DNA from: Octopus vulgaris | Lineage: Eukaryota | Direction of reading: 5' to 3' | Assembly (NCBI GenBank): GCA_951406725.2 | Contig: OX597832.1 | Span: 70,370,001 to 70,434,000 of the forward strand | Length of the DNA: 64,000 bases | In this document: one piece after another, positions 26,482 through 40,163 of the stretch | How the letters are laid out: every line of letters begins with the position of its first letter | Numbering within the stretch: the first letter of the stretch is position 1 | Notes under the pieces: generated by a model | Told to the model about the DNA's origin: nothing | The model's database searches: none | The model's input: the letters and a program-made list of their open reading frames with translations, nothing else | Position numbers and translations under genes: made by a program

Positions 26482-27983
26482 GTCCGTGCTGCATCTAAGA
26501 AAGTAACAGTTAGTTCGTCATATATATGTACGTATGTATGTGTGTATGTATGCATACATGTGTGTATGTATGTACGTATGCATGTACGTACATACGCCTG
26601 TGTATGCATGTATGTATGTATGTATGTATGTGTGTGTATATGCACGCACATACACTCTATAAAACATAAAGCTATAAACCTGTAGCGATGGATGGATGTA
26701 GAGTGACCACTCATCACAAAGCTATCAAATTTCAACTTCCTACGGCCGAAGCTAGAAAGTGATTTATGACGCTTACTCCCAAAACTATACCCTAAAATCT
26801 ATTATCAGATTTTTTATCTCTATATCACAGAACTATTGTTTTACTATTGTGCGTATGTATGTATGTATGTGCGTATGTATGTATGTATGTATGTATGTAT
26901 GTATGTATGTATGTATGTATGTATGTGTGTATGTATGTGTGTATGTACATACGTACGCATGTGCGTATGTATGTATACGCGCTCGTGTGCATGTGCCCAT
27001 GTATGTGTGTGCGTACATGTACGTGCGTATGTACGTGTGTATGCCCATACGTAGGTATGTATGTATGTTTGTATTCTTGTGCTACGTATGTATGTGAGTG
27101 TCTAGGAGAATGGTCAGATGTGTTTGTGAGAGTGTGTACATGTGTATGTGTATGTGAACGTATGTCCGTGTACTGGCATGTGTCCGTCCAAGTTGTGTAC
27201 ATGACTGTTACTTTGCTGAAGGTTGTATACATATTTACATATATGTTTGTATAGACGCACACACACATATATATGTGTGTGTGGGTGTGTGTTTGTTCCT
27301 CTCATCATCGTCTAACCGTGAATGGATACAACGCCTAGGTGCAACTGTTCGTATCAAACAACGTCTGCTCATACCGTTGTATATAACTGCACATACGCGT
27401 TGCAACCCGTATGTAAGGACTACAGGTAAAAGGGAGAGAGAGAGAGAGGGGTGGTTATAGAATAGTCCTTCTGAATGGGATCTGGATGTTATTCCATTCG
27501 GACTTTCGGTTGAGAGTAGGTTTGTATTCTTGTATACAAACAGCTTCTGTGACCTGTCTCAACATTGCATCGGTGGGGTGTGTTGATAGGATGTTCAACT
27601 TAAGCTCCCCTAAGGATCCCTTGTGGCAGTCTACAGCATGTTGGTAGAAGATGGAGTTTGGCTTCCTTTCAATGTAGTTGTCCAGGTGTTCTTTGAACCT
27701 ATCATTGATGCTTCTAGAGGTCTCACCTATGTATGACTCTGGGTTATGTTTTATAGAGTGTATGTGCGTGCATATACACACACATACATATATACATACA
27801 TACATACATACATACATACATACATACATACATACATACATACATACATACATACATGCATACACAGGCGTATGTGCGTACATGCATACGTACATACATA
27901 CACACATGTATGCATACATACACACATACATACGTACATATATATGACGAACTAACTGTTACTTTCTTAGATGCAGCACGGAC

Positions 27984-28033
27984 TTTGTCAGTGAACAGGT
28001 CGCGGATTTTAGCGACGAAAATATTTTGACAAA
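27984..28033 (+). ncRNA. Hammerhead-like motif with GUGAACA (G3:C8) core, copy 2
   Basis: Same sequence as copy 1, located in the inverted pLTR. Confidence 0.6.
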
Positions 28034-28171
28034 TTAAACTTAAATGTTGTAGTGAATCGAACGGCTTTTGTGTGTTTCTTAAATGGCTTATAAACACCTT
28101 CCACGCTGCAATTGTTTTCGTTTCAGCACACGATCTCAGATCAAATTACTTGCTATGCGAGTACATCTCCG

Positions 28172-28217
<46 letters not shown>

Positions 28218-28347
28218 CCGGTGACATCGAGAAGTGATGCGTCATTAGTTAGTCATATGAAAACCAATACTCGTTACTTTCGAATTCATGGGCTGTTGCA
28301 CACTGAACTAGCGACAACACCCCAGAATCTTACGCTGGTGTGTAACG

Positions 28348-29385
28348 TCCAGTCTCACTCACATACTATCAAAATATTTGAGAGAGTGTTGAGCTCAAGA
28401 ATAACAGCCTTCCTAGAGCAAAATCATCTTCTAAATTGCAACCAGCATGGCTTTCGTGGTTGGAGGGAATGTGTAACACAGCTCCTCCACCACTTTGATG
28501 ACATCTTAAATGCACAAGTGAGGACTCCAAAGCTGGTGTCATATACCTTGATTTCAGTAAGGCCTTTGATTGAGTCGATCACTATATACTGTTAAGGAAA
28601 ATAACCAGCGCTGGAGTCGGTGGAAAGCTATTTCAATGGATTTAGTATTTCCTAACAAATAGGACCCAACATGTTGTGGTTGATGGCATCCACTCAAGAC
28701 GAGCAAATGTATATCAGCGGAGTCCCGCAGGGTACTGTGTTCGATCATTAAAATATTTGCAGATGACTATAAGCTTCAGAAAGTCATTAAGGGAGCAAAT
28801 GATCGAACGATGCTTCAATCGAACCTATGTGCCCTAACACAGTGGGCACAAAGAAGCAATAAGCAGTTACAGTAAAAAAAATTTGAGCTCATCCACTTTA
28901 GAAAGGAGGGCACACTCAAACAACCATATACACTATCGTCGGTAGACCTACTTGAACAGTCGGATAATATCAGAGACTCAGGTATAATTGTCGACAGCAA
29001 CTTTCGCTGGAGTGTGCACATAAAAAAATCGATATTGCCCGCAGAATGTGCTCATGAATTCTCAGAACTTTTCAATCTAGGAGTCATGAAACAATCATCC
29101 TTCTCTTCACATTTGCTAGCCCCCCATCTCGAATACTGTTGCCCATTGTGGCCCCCTACAAAAAAAGACATAATCAGAGTCGAAGCGCCACAAAATCAAT
29201 CACTAAAAAAATAAATGGCATTATGGGACTTGATTATTGGGCTCGACTTAAATAGTTGCAACGTCGTCGTGAGCGATACAGTATTTGTACCAAGTGGAAA
29301 ATATTCCACCAATATTATCCAAATGATATTGACATTATGCTTACAATTCACCCACGAATATGCACTTCCAAGTCTTTCAAGTGCA
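28348..29385 (+). mobile_element. CR1-group LINE RT fragment, internally deleted
   Basis: RPVSL..HTIKIFER...NQHGFR..CVTQLL, then in other frames DFSKAF, SGVPQGTV, IFADD, HLEYCCPLW and LQRRRERY. Confidence 0.8.
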
Positions 29386-29400
29386 TATATACATACATAG

Positions 29401-29451
<51 letters not shown>

Positions 29452-29452
<1 letters not shown>

Positions 29453-29900
29453 CTATTATATAAAATCCGTTCTGTCTGTCTATGTGTGTGCCTTCTAGAA
29501 TCTCGGGCATCCTCCATCCGATTGCGCTCAAATTTGATATGTAGATACCGACGATATCAGGATGTGTATAAATCTTGAAAAATTACAAAAATCGATTCCA
29601 GGTGAGAATGCGATCGATAAAGCCGTGGGTACGTGCATTTGTACGCGCAAGTACATCAGCTGCTGCGATCGATACTACGCGTACGCGAGAAAAATGTATG
29701 TGCAGTTTGCGCAAAAATATCATCATACTTTTCCATCTAGATTTACCTCCAGCTAACCCATTTCCATGCATCGTTTTTTTCCTGCTTTTCTTCCGTCAAC
29801 CTGTACATAACTGCACCTTCCATTTTTTGTTGTTTTTGTACTGCTTAAAGGCACGTTTATTTCCTGCCAAGCTTACTGTTTAAACCATGTTTGTGTTCTC
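29452..29900 (+). mobile_element. Probable non-autonomous Helitron 5' portion
   Basis: Begins A^TCTATTATATAAAA...ctgtctgtct...ccgattgcgctcaaattt, a typical Helitron 5' end. No 3' hairpin was found, so the end coordinate is approximate. Confidence 0.4.
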
Positions 29901-30538
29901 TCAGTCAACAGCCTTATCATTACTGGTACTTTAAACTCTTCGGTTGCATATATGTGTGAATAAAATCGTTTTCTTTGGAATAGAAAAAAGTCTATCTTTA
30001 TTTCTTTTTTTTGCTGGTGTCTCAAATTTAGGTTAAATCAGTGTTTCTCAAAAGGGAGGCCTATGGGACGGTCGGACAAGTTATGTAGAGAAAATTTGGT
30101 TTAAATGTTTGACAACTCAGCACCGTCCATTGGACGGGGGGGGGGGGACATTTTGCTCGTATATATCTATACTCACATGCGGGCGCATATATAATGTAAT
30201 GAGGAAGGTAGGGTAAAATCCCAGCTGTTCCTCTTGAAGTACTTCTGCTTATTCCATTATTATAATCCAGTATGCAGTCCCTGTGGGTGTTGAATAGAAG
30301 CGAGGGACATCTTACAGTTGAAATTTCGGGAAATATTGTTAGCAGCGTTGTTGTACAACAAACAGGAATTTCGAAGATTTTTGGGTATTATCTATTCTGT
30401 CTAATGAATTTCTAACATGAAACTTCGTACATGTCTATCTAACACATTACTCTATCATTCGTTTAGCAAATGAAACCTATGAAATGGTAGATAAATAATA
30501 CCCATAAATGTTACAAATTTCTGTTTTGTTATATATGA

Positions 30539-30597
<59 letters not shown>

Positions 30598-30598
<1 letters not shown>

Positions 30599-32398
30599 TA
30601 GCTTAAGGTGACCCGCTCTACGCGCGGGTAAAAGTATAGTTGTTACTTTCTGTTGCTTCCTTTCGGCACGTAAGAATCACCATCCGAACGTGGCCGATGG
30701 GAGCCTTGACTGGCTTCTGTGCCGGTGGTACGTAAAAAGCACCAACCGATCGTGGCCGCTCCCAGCCGCCACCCCCTGGCACCTGTGCCGGTGGCATGAA
30801 AAAAAACACCCACTACACTCACGGAGTGGTGTGGTTGGCGTTTGAAGGGCATCCAGCTGTAGAAGCACTGCCAGATCAGACTGGAGCCTGGTGCAGCCTC
30901 CTGGCTTCACAGAACCCGGTCAAACCGTCCAACCCGTGCTAGCACGGAAAACGGACGTTAAATGATGATGATGATGATGATGATTATCCCTCTTTGTTTC
31001 TCTCTCTTTTCTCTCTCACTTTCCCACTCTCTTACTCTTCCTTTCTCTCGGACTCTCCCTCGCTTTCTCTTACTCTCTATCTTTCTCTATCTATCTATCT
31101 ATCTCCCATTTATAAACAACAAAAGATCTTGAGTAAGTTGAGAAAGACATATATTTTCAAAGATCACTCATAAATATCAGGCAATGACAACGGAAAGGTC
31201 TGATTCAAGGCAGACAACAAAACACTAACATTTAAGAGGGAAAGACGAACTTGCGAGCTGAATAAAAATAATAAAATATTGGAAACCAAAGTTTGAAGGG
31301 ATAGAATCTGAGGATAGTAAAGTCACCATGACTGGCATTTCTTAACGACGGACAGCAATGTAGTGGCAGTTTAACGGCTGGCGTAAAAGTTTGAACTTGA
31401 TGTAAAAGAAAATTCCTAAACACCAAGTTTTGAAGTGATTCTTTCTCACGACAGTAGATTCCCCATGGCAAGCATTCAAAACTTCTTCATCATGGACGGC
31501 AACACATTGAGCATTAAAAGGCTGGCGCAAATTTTTTAGCTTGATGTAACAGAGAATTCCTAAACACCCGCTCCTGTAAATTTTAATCCCCTTCCAGCTC
31601 CATTTAGACCCCTTTTCACTATTAGGCAAATCAAACAGTGAAAAACATAAACCAAAACATAAAAATAAAAATATAACATACAAAATGTATAAAATATAAA
31701 ATTTAAAAATTCAAATTATTTAAATTTAAAATTAAAATTATTAATTAATATTTATAATTTTCTTTAAAATATATATAACTATCAAAAAGTATTAAAAAGT
31801 TTAATATACATAAATACAGATATATACACTTTGTATATATACATTATATATACATATTTATATATAGAACACAAACAAACACAAACATATATATAAATTA
31901 ACCCAATAAATATCTCATTAATAATATTTGTTCTCATGATTGTGTGGTGGTGGTTGTGGTGGCGATGATAATTCTCTCTATGAATGCAGACAGACGTAGA
32001 GAGAGAGAGTGTGAAAGCGCTGTCGAAGGTGGGGAGGAGGAGATATAGGACGCTGTGAAACGACGTTATAAAGAGAAAGTGAAGGGAAGGGATGTAGACG
32101 CTGTGAAACGACGTTATAGATAGACGGTGAAAGGAAGGGAGGAAAGAGAGTGAGTGATGGAGTAAGACAGATACATAAAAGAATGAAAGTAGACTTGTCA
32201 AATTACGTTTTTGGTCCTAGCAACGACACCTTTTAAGATAGGGATTTCTAACCTAGACCACTGGCATCCTCACCTCATTTTACATGTCCCTGTAAATTAT
32301 GGAGTCAATCCGACGAGATCTAGTGGCCTTTAACCCGTTCTCAATGCCAAAACTAGACAAACAAGCAAACTTTTCGCATTTCAGAATTATAATATAGA
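30598..32398 (-). mobile_element. Non-autonomous Helitron, same family as 36493-37761
   Basis: Minus-strand 5' end TCTATATTATAATTCTGAAATGCGAAAAG and 3' end ACCCGCGCGTAGAGCGGGT-caccttaag-CTAG (hairpin + CTAG). Contains a ~146 bp internal duplication (31277-31568). Confidence 0.8.
30675..30984 (+). mobile_element. SINE fragment with (GAT)n tail, nested in the Helitron
   Basis: ggttggcgtttgaagggcatccagctgtagaa central domain and 3' end ccaacccgtgctagcacggaaaacggacgttaaa(tga)n. Helitron sequence resumes on both sides (compare 39600-39660). Confidence 0.7.
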
Positions 32399-32535
32399 TA
32401 TATATATATATATTATATATTGGTAAAAACGGTAAGATAACAAAAGAAAGAAAGAGACCTCAATATTATGTAAATAGAGGAAATTTATCTTTAAATTTAT
32501 ATGTTACCCTTATTCAAAACATATTAATTTACAGA

Positions 32536-32592
<57 letters not shown>

Positions 32593-32594
<2 letters not shown>

Positions 32595-33600
32595 AAACAA
32601 CGAAGCCTTCAACATCATCACCCAAAACCTTCCCATCCTCACAGCAGACAAAACAATGAGCGAAATTTTAAGCTCATAATAAATTATAAAAAGCAAAAAG
32701 CAGCCGAAGTCACTGAAAAGAATACTAACCAGCGCTAGATTTTACCCACTAACTACTGAGCTAAATGTGACAAAATGTGGACGTTCTAACTGTGGAACAT
32801 GCCCTCACCTTCTGGATTGAATTCCAATTCAAACAAGATCAAATCAAATTTCACCTGCGCCTCGACAAATGTAATCTATGTCATGACATGCATAGGATGT
32901 TGTAAACTCTATATTGGACAATCAGGAATTTCTCAACGTCAAAGAATCACCATTCACAAAGAGCAAATCCGTCACCCACGATACAGACAGTTAAAGGTGA
33001 GTGAACACATAGAAAGATGTGCCAGGAATCTTAATCCCAATTTCCAAATATTTCCCTTTTACCAATGCTTACAGAACACCACAATGCAACAAAGTTTGAA
33101 TAAAGAGGCATTTTTCATCAACAAATTTCTTCCCCAACTGAATATGAACACACAACTCAATACAAAACACCACTAACTCCTCAAATTAAACCACTAAACC
33201 CTATACACGTCCTACATCACCCACATCTCTAATTCCAGAACTACTTACCTCCCTTACAAATAATCCAGAACTACTTACCTCCATTACAAATAATCTTTTT
33301 TCCCAAGAACTATTAGACCTGATACCGTATATTAACCGGTGTTGTTCAAACGATGAATAGCCTACGCGTAAACCAATTGGTTCGTTTCATTCTCTTACTA
33401 TATTATTATTATCATCTTATAATCATCTCATAATAATGAACTTTATGACTCGTATTACTACCTCAGTCAATCTAAATGTATATATTTGTCACTACCTATC
33501 ATAAATAGCCTTTTTCTATCTGCAATATGCACTTTCGTTGATTTTTCATATTTTACCCTTACAATTCTACGTGTATTTTCTATTTTCTTTTCGTAACATA
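32593..33600 (+). mobile_element. Penelope-like element 3' fragment (Neptune-like Cys linker + GIY-YIG)
   Basis: KQPKSLKRIL, KCGRSNCGTC, then NFTCASTNVIYVMTCIGCCKLYIGQS..RITIHK..VSEHIERC..E.FFINKF.P.LN (32799-33176). Flanked by (TA)n. Confidence 0.85.
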
Positions 33601-33649
33601 TTTCTACTATATATATATACATACATACATACATACATACATACATACA

Positions 33650-33681
<32 letters not shown>

Positions 33682-33689
33682 CATACATA

Positions 33690-33747
<58 letters not shown>

Positions 33748-33748
<1 letters not shown>

Positions 33749-33962
33749 TGGAGATGTACTCGCATAGCAAGTGATTTGATCTGAGATCGTGTGCTGAAAC
33801 GAAAACAATTGCACGGATGCAGCACGGATTTTTGTCAGTGAACAGGTCGCCGATTTTAGCGACGAAAATATTTTGACAAATTAAACTTAAATGTTGAAGT
33901 GAATCGAACGGCTTTTGTGTGTTACTTAAATGGCTTACAAACACCTTCCACGCTGCAATTGT
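33748..33962 (+). mobile_element. Solo pLTR fragment of the 26.1-28.3 kb PLE family, including a third GUGAACA hammerhead-like copy (33831-33880)
   Basis: Near-identical to 27970-28112, preceded by an inverted copy of 28107-28170. Embedded in (TA)n. Confidence 0.8.
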
Positions 33963-33965
33963 ATA

Positions 33966-34394
33966 TATATTCTGAAATGCAAAAAGTTTGTTTGTCTGGT
34001 TTTGACATTGAGAACGGGTTAAAGGAAACTAGATCCCGTCGGATTGACTCCAAAATTTACAGATACATGTAAAATGAGGTGAGGATGCGAGTGGGCTAGG
34101 TTAGAAGTCCCCATCTTAAAAGGTGTCGTTGCTAGAGCCAAAAACGCACACTTTGACAAGTCTACTCTCATTCTTTTATGTGTCTGTCTTTCTCCATCTC
34201 TCACTCTCTTTCCTCTCTTCCTTTCACATTCTCTCTATAACGTCGTTTCACAGCGTCTATTATCTTTCCCCCGCCGCCATCGCATTCTGTTATCTGCCTG
34301 TCTTCCTCCATCTCTCTTTCTTTCCTCCCTTCCTTTCACTTCCTTTCGTTTGATATCGTCTGATAGCTTTCCTTCGCCGCCTTCGCAAGCGCTG

Positions 34395-34425
<31 letters not shown>

Positions 34426-36490
34426 ACGTCTGTCTACATTCATAAAGATAATTATCATCGCCACCACTACCACCACCTCCACCACACAATCATGAGAATC
34501 TTTCTCTTAAAACAAATCATCTTTAGGTTTCAAAATATTTCATTTTTCAGGCCTCTCTTTCATATATCACCTTTTCTTCCTCGATCTCTCTCTTTTCCCC
34601 CTTCCTTCACGTTCTCTCTCTATAAGGACATTTGACACCTCCGCCGTCTCTCTTTCTTCTCCAACGCGTCGCTCAATGTATTTCTGTTTGTATCTATAAA
34701 GACGAAACGTGACAGCCGCAAAAGTTTAAATATTCTCACCACAGGTCTTTCAGAAAGGTGAATTATTATCTCCCACCACCACCGCACAATTATAACAGAT
34801 ATTATTTATCAGAAGATATGTTATTATTTTGCGACACATTACAAGAATAATGGGTGGAGCTACATTTCTCATGGCAGGAGATTTTCGACAAACTCTTCCT
34901 GTTGTCCGAAGAGGCACTCGAGCCGATGAGGTTAATGCATGTATAAAGCATTCTTATGTGTGGCACAGTGTAATCAGTCGTCATCTTGAAACTAACATGA
35001 GAGTCCACCTACGAAGTGATGTGGAGTCTGAGGCTTTCGCAAAACAGCTATTAGATCTTGGTGATGGAGTTTTGCCTTTGGTTGATGATGAGCATATTCG
35101 GTTGCCTTTTGGGATTTCGTTCCAAATGTAGAAGACCTTATAAGAGCCGTTTTACCTGACGTCGAAACCAACTTCCAGGATCTCGATTGGCTAAGGACGA
35201 GAGCTATTCTATCGCCTCATAATACAACAGCTGATGCTACTAATAAACAACTGCTTGATATGATTCCTGGTGAGGAAGTTTCTTTCATGTCCATCGATAC
35301 AAATAAAGATGAGAATGATGCACTCAACAAGCTAACACCTCCGGGGCTTCCACCTCATCATTTGTGTTTGAATGCTGGTGCTCCAATCATGGTGCTCAGA
35401 AACATGGAAACGCCTGAAATATGCAATGGAACCCAAATGGTTATAAGGAGGATTCAGAGTCATATTATAACTGCTGAAATTTTGAGTGGACCATTCGTAG
35501 GAAGAATGAAGATGATACATAAAATGATGTTCCCATTCAGTTTAAACGCTTTCAATTTCCGAAGAAACTATGTTTCACGATGACAATCAACAAGTCTCAG
35601 GGACAATCACTGGACATTGTAGGAGTTAATCTGTCACAACCGGTCTTCAGTCATGGTCAATTGTACGTAGCCTGTTCTCGTGTTGGAAATCCGCATAACT
35701 TCTTCATTCTTGGCAATCATGAGCGCACAAGGAACGTGGTTTATCAGGAGGCTCTGACAAAACAAGATTGATTGTAAGTCATGAGATTTTCCTTGAGTTT
35801 TTCTTCTGCACGTCTTGTTTATCTCTTCATTCTTGAAAATAAAGACATTAAAACGAACATGGTTCATAAAGAAGATTGGGTTAAGATGTTTGCAAACATT
35901 TGATCCAACTCATTCGTCTCTTTATTCCTCATTTTCCGATTCCTTCTACGTCTCCATTGAACGGCTTTGTCAAGTTATTGTTTCTTCGCCAACATAAGAC
36001 ATTCATAAAGTGAATGAGTTGTTAGTTACATTTTATACACTGTTCCATTGTTTAGGTGGTGTCGAAAGGACTGGCATGTGTCACCAAATAACCTCTGTCA
36101 GTCAAACTCCCAACTCATGCGTTCACGTTGCGATACTCTTTCTACAAAGATGAGCTGGGTGTGAATTCTAATTTCATACGCTATTGCAGATGTGAATTTA
36201 CATTCTGCCTTTTTTGGTTTAAACTATCTTCCTGCAGGTTAAAAAAAATTTGTTTTTTAGAGTCCTCGACAATATTCGCCACCGAAATTCCATTTTTCAA
36301 TTTTATGATTATACCTAAAGTGCTCTAATCGAATTTGAACTGTCTTCCCATTGACGGGCGTTTGTCTTTTGTTTTTTAGAAAAAAACGCATTGCCTCTTT
36401 CGTTTTAAAACAATAAAACTATGCTACATTAATAAATTGGTCCAACAACCAAAACATCACCCACGCGTAGAGCGGGTCACCTTAAGCTAC
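33966..36490 (+). mobile_element. Helitron derivative carrying a PIF1-like helicase C-terminal relic
   Basis: The 5' end matches the family. Relic motifs GDFRQTLPV, LETNMRV, PGLPPH.L.L..GAPIMVLRN, CNGT, MTINKSQGQSL, FSHGQLYVACSRV and TRNVVY (34829-35771). 3' end acccacgcgtagagcgggt-caccttaag-CTAC. Confidence 0.88.
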
Positions 36491-36492
36491 TC

Positions 36493-37440
36493 TCTATATT
36501 ATAATTCTGAAATGCGAAAAGTTTGTTTGTTTGGTTTTGGCACTGAGAACGGGTTAAAAGCCACTAGATCCCGTCGGATTGACTCCAACATTTACAGGGA
36601 CATGAAAAATGAGGTGAGGATGCCAGTGGGCTAGGTCAGAAGTCCCCATCTTAAAAGGTGTCGTTGCTAGGGCCAACAACGCATACTTTGACAAGTCTAC
36701 TTTCATTCTTTTATGTGTCTGTCTTTCTCCGTCACTCCCTCTCTTTCCTCTCTTCCCTTCACTTTCTATCTATAACGTCGTTTCACAGCGTCCACCTCCC
36801 TTCCCTTCACGTTCTCTCTATAACGTTATAGAGAGAAAGTCAAAGGAAGGGAGAAAGTAATAATGAGTGAATGAGAATAAAGACGAACGATTTAAAAAGC
36901 GTAAAAATGTTTTCTTTCTCAACTTACTCAACATCATTTGTTGTTTATAAATGGGAGAGAGATAGATAGAGAAAGATAGAGAGTAAGAGAAAGCGAGGGA
37001 AAGTCTACTATCTTTCCCCCGCCGCCTTCACCAGCGCTGTCACTCTCTCTCTCTCTATGTCTGTCTGCATTCATAGAGAGAATTATCATCGCCACCACCA
37101 CCACACAATCATGAGAACAAATATTATGAATGAGATATTTATTGGGTTAATTTATATATGTGTGTGTGTGTTCTATATTTAACTATGTATATATAATGTA
37201 TATATACAAAGTGTATATATCTGTATTTATGTACATTAAACTTTTTAATACTTTTTGATAGTTATATATATATTTTTTAAAATTATAAATATAAATTAAT
37301 AATTTGAATTTCAAATTTAAATAATTTGAATTTTTAAATTTTATATTTTATATATTTTGCATATTATATTTTTATTTTTATGTTTGGGTTTACGTTTTTC
37401 AATGTTTGATTTGCCTAATAGTGGTTTTATCTCTAATTTA

Positions 37441-37479
<39 letters not shown>

Positions 37480-37503
37480 GTATACATTTGTATATATAAT
37501 GCG

Positions 37504-37585
<82 letters not shown>

Positions 37586-38260
37586 GTGTGCATTATGCGG
37601 TCGGTTGTGCTGCAAATATGCACACCTATGTTAAAAGTGCTGCCGAGTTTGCATGACAACTATTTTTTTCCTCAAATAAAAGGCGTAAAAAACAGAAAGG
37701 AAGCAACAGAAAGTATTAACTACACTCTTACCCGCGCATAGAGCGGGTCACCTTAAGCTAGTCTATATTATAATTCTTAAATGCAATAAGTTTGATTGTC
37801 TGGTTTTGGCATTGGAACGGGTTAAAGGGTACTAGATCCCGTTGGATTCGCTCCGAAATTTACAGGAACTGTGGTTACTAGGTCAAAAACCCCACACTTT
37901 AACAAGTCTTTTTTTTCGTTACTTCAGTATCTTATCTGCCTGTCTTCCTCCAGCTCTCTCTGATTCCTCTCTTCCCATCACTTTCTCTCTATAACGACGT
38001 TTGACAGATACTACTACCTTTCCCTGTCGCCTTCGCCAGGGCTGTCACTCTTTCCCTCACCGCCTCCCTCCCTCTCTCTCTCTGTACGTCTATCTGCATT
38101 CATAGAGAGTTTTATTATCGCCACCACCACCACTCAATCATGAAAACAAATACTATGAATCAGATATTTATTTTATATAATTTATATATGTGTTTGTGTC
38201 TGTATCTATATATAAATATGTATATATAATGTATATATATACAAAGTGTATATATCTGTG

Positions 38261-38314
<54 letters not shown>

Positions 38315-38391
38315 GTATACATTTGTATATATAATGCGTACACACACACATGTATATAATGCGTCTATATGTACATATATATATTTAATGC

Positions 38392-38423
<32 letters not shown>

Positions 38424-39696
38424 GTATATATATATTATGTGTGCATTATGTAATCGGTTAAGCTGAAAATATGTACACCTATGTTAAAAGTGCTGGCGTG
38501 TTTGCATGGCAACTATTTTTTTCCTCAAATGAAAGGCGTAGCTTCTAGGACAAAATGCCTCATATTTTAAAATGTGGTCCGATTACACCCGAATGGAATC
38601 GGCTTATATTAACCAAATAAGTAAAATAATGAAAAACTATGCCATTTTAATCTCAAGTAAGGTCGGGTATCTCTGTAGGTCTACTACATATTTGTGAAAA
38701 GGGCAGACGTTATCTCACAAGCAGTTATACATGCAAAAGTGTTAGTAAATATGGTAGGACTCAGTTGAAAATTTGCAAACCTATATTAAAAATCCTGGCG
38801 AGTTTGCATGGCAACTTTGAGTTTGCTCAATTGAAAGGTGTGGCCTCTAGGGCAAAATTCTTCATCTTTAAAGTGTAGCCCGCGTAGACCCGAATGAAAT
38901 CGAGTTATAATACCGAAACAAATAAAACAATGATAAACTATTTTAATCTCGAGCAAGTCCGGGTTTCTCTGCTATCTATATATATAAAAGAGGCTTTGGG
39001 TCAAAATTGTGTGCACGTTTTGCTACGTCAGAGGTTGGCGGCCACACCAGTGGTCAGATCGAGCTGAAAATTTACACAGGCATAGATGACGTGATGAGGC
39101 AGAGTTGAGTAGATTAACACTCACCATCTGGAAAGATGCGGTTGCTATGGTGAGAAGATTCAAGGGGACTCTAAGCCCCTCCAGATTGGCGCGATTGGCA
39201 TCTAATCCTATCTATAAAATGAAGAAGGCGAACGTTGATACAAGTTGGATTTTTATGTAAAAAGGGGTCTAAATGGGGCTGGAAGGGGATTCAAATTTAC
39301 AGGAGGGGGTAACTTGAGGGGGGAAATTGATTGGGAGACGTTTTGTGGCGCTACAGTGGTTGCTTTGCTGTGAAAACTGGGATGTTATTGATTTTGGGGG
39401 GACACTTGGTGGTCTAGATCGGACACCTTTTGCCCGATTTCAATCAAATTTTCAACATGGTAAAGTGGAAGCGGATTTGTAATTTAAACGCAGAAATCTA
39501 ATTTTTTTTATAAATGGCAGAGAGATAGTTACAGAAAGATAAAGAGTAAGAGAAGGCGAGGGAAAGTCCGAAAGGAAGAGTAAGAGAGTGAGAAAATGAG
39601 AAAGGATAAAGAAACAAAGAGGGAGAATGTGGCGATAAGAAACAGAAAGTAACAACCGGAACCTCACCTGCGCGTAGAGCGGGTCACGTTAAGCTA
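36493..39696 (+). mobile_element. Head-to-tail chain of non-autonomous Helitrons
   Basis: TC-initiated starts at about 36493, 37762, 38680 and 38976. Hairpin + CTAG-like ends at 37761, about 38678, 38975 and 39696. Confidence 0.75.
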
Positions 39697-40058
39697 GTAT
39701 ATATATATATAATTAAGAAAGAGAGAAGACAAATGCTAAGATCGATGTATATATTCTTTCAACCCATATTAATGAAATTCTCCAAGGTATACAATATACA
39801 TACATTGTTGCATTCATCTATATGATATATAAAAATTTCTAAGAATTTATAAATATATACATATACACGAAAATTTATAAATATAAATATATAGAAATAT
39901 AAGTCCATAAACCTACCTGCGAAGTCCGAATGTTCGAATTTGAATCAATGAAGAGGAAAGTAAAAAGCGGATGTAAAATGATTCATAAGGAATCGAAAAC
40001 ATAATATAAAATCTTACGGCCGTTTCGAAATATATATATATATATATACATATATATA

Positions 40059-40095
<37 letters not shown>

Positions 40096-40163
40096 ATATA
40101 TATATATATATATGTATGTATACATATATGCTTTATTTAAAAGCAGCAGAAATTTAACAAAAG

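Larger units (their letters stand above)
26113..28347 (-). mobile_element. 5'-truncated Penelope-like element with inverted pseudo-LTR
   Basis: GIY-YIG C-half at 27455-27745 (SYIGETSRS..RFKEH..SIFYQHA..H..RQVTEAVCI...PTLNRKSEW). 26351-26666 is the reverse complement of 27746-28112, and 26113-26245 is the reverse complement of 28216-28347. Confidence 0.85.

Noticed and set aside
28216-28275. Second hammerhead-like arrangement (GTGATGC...ATGAAAA) in the PLE arm
   Set aside because: The core lacks a 3-8 pair and A9, and the helices are too weak.
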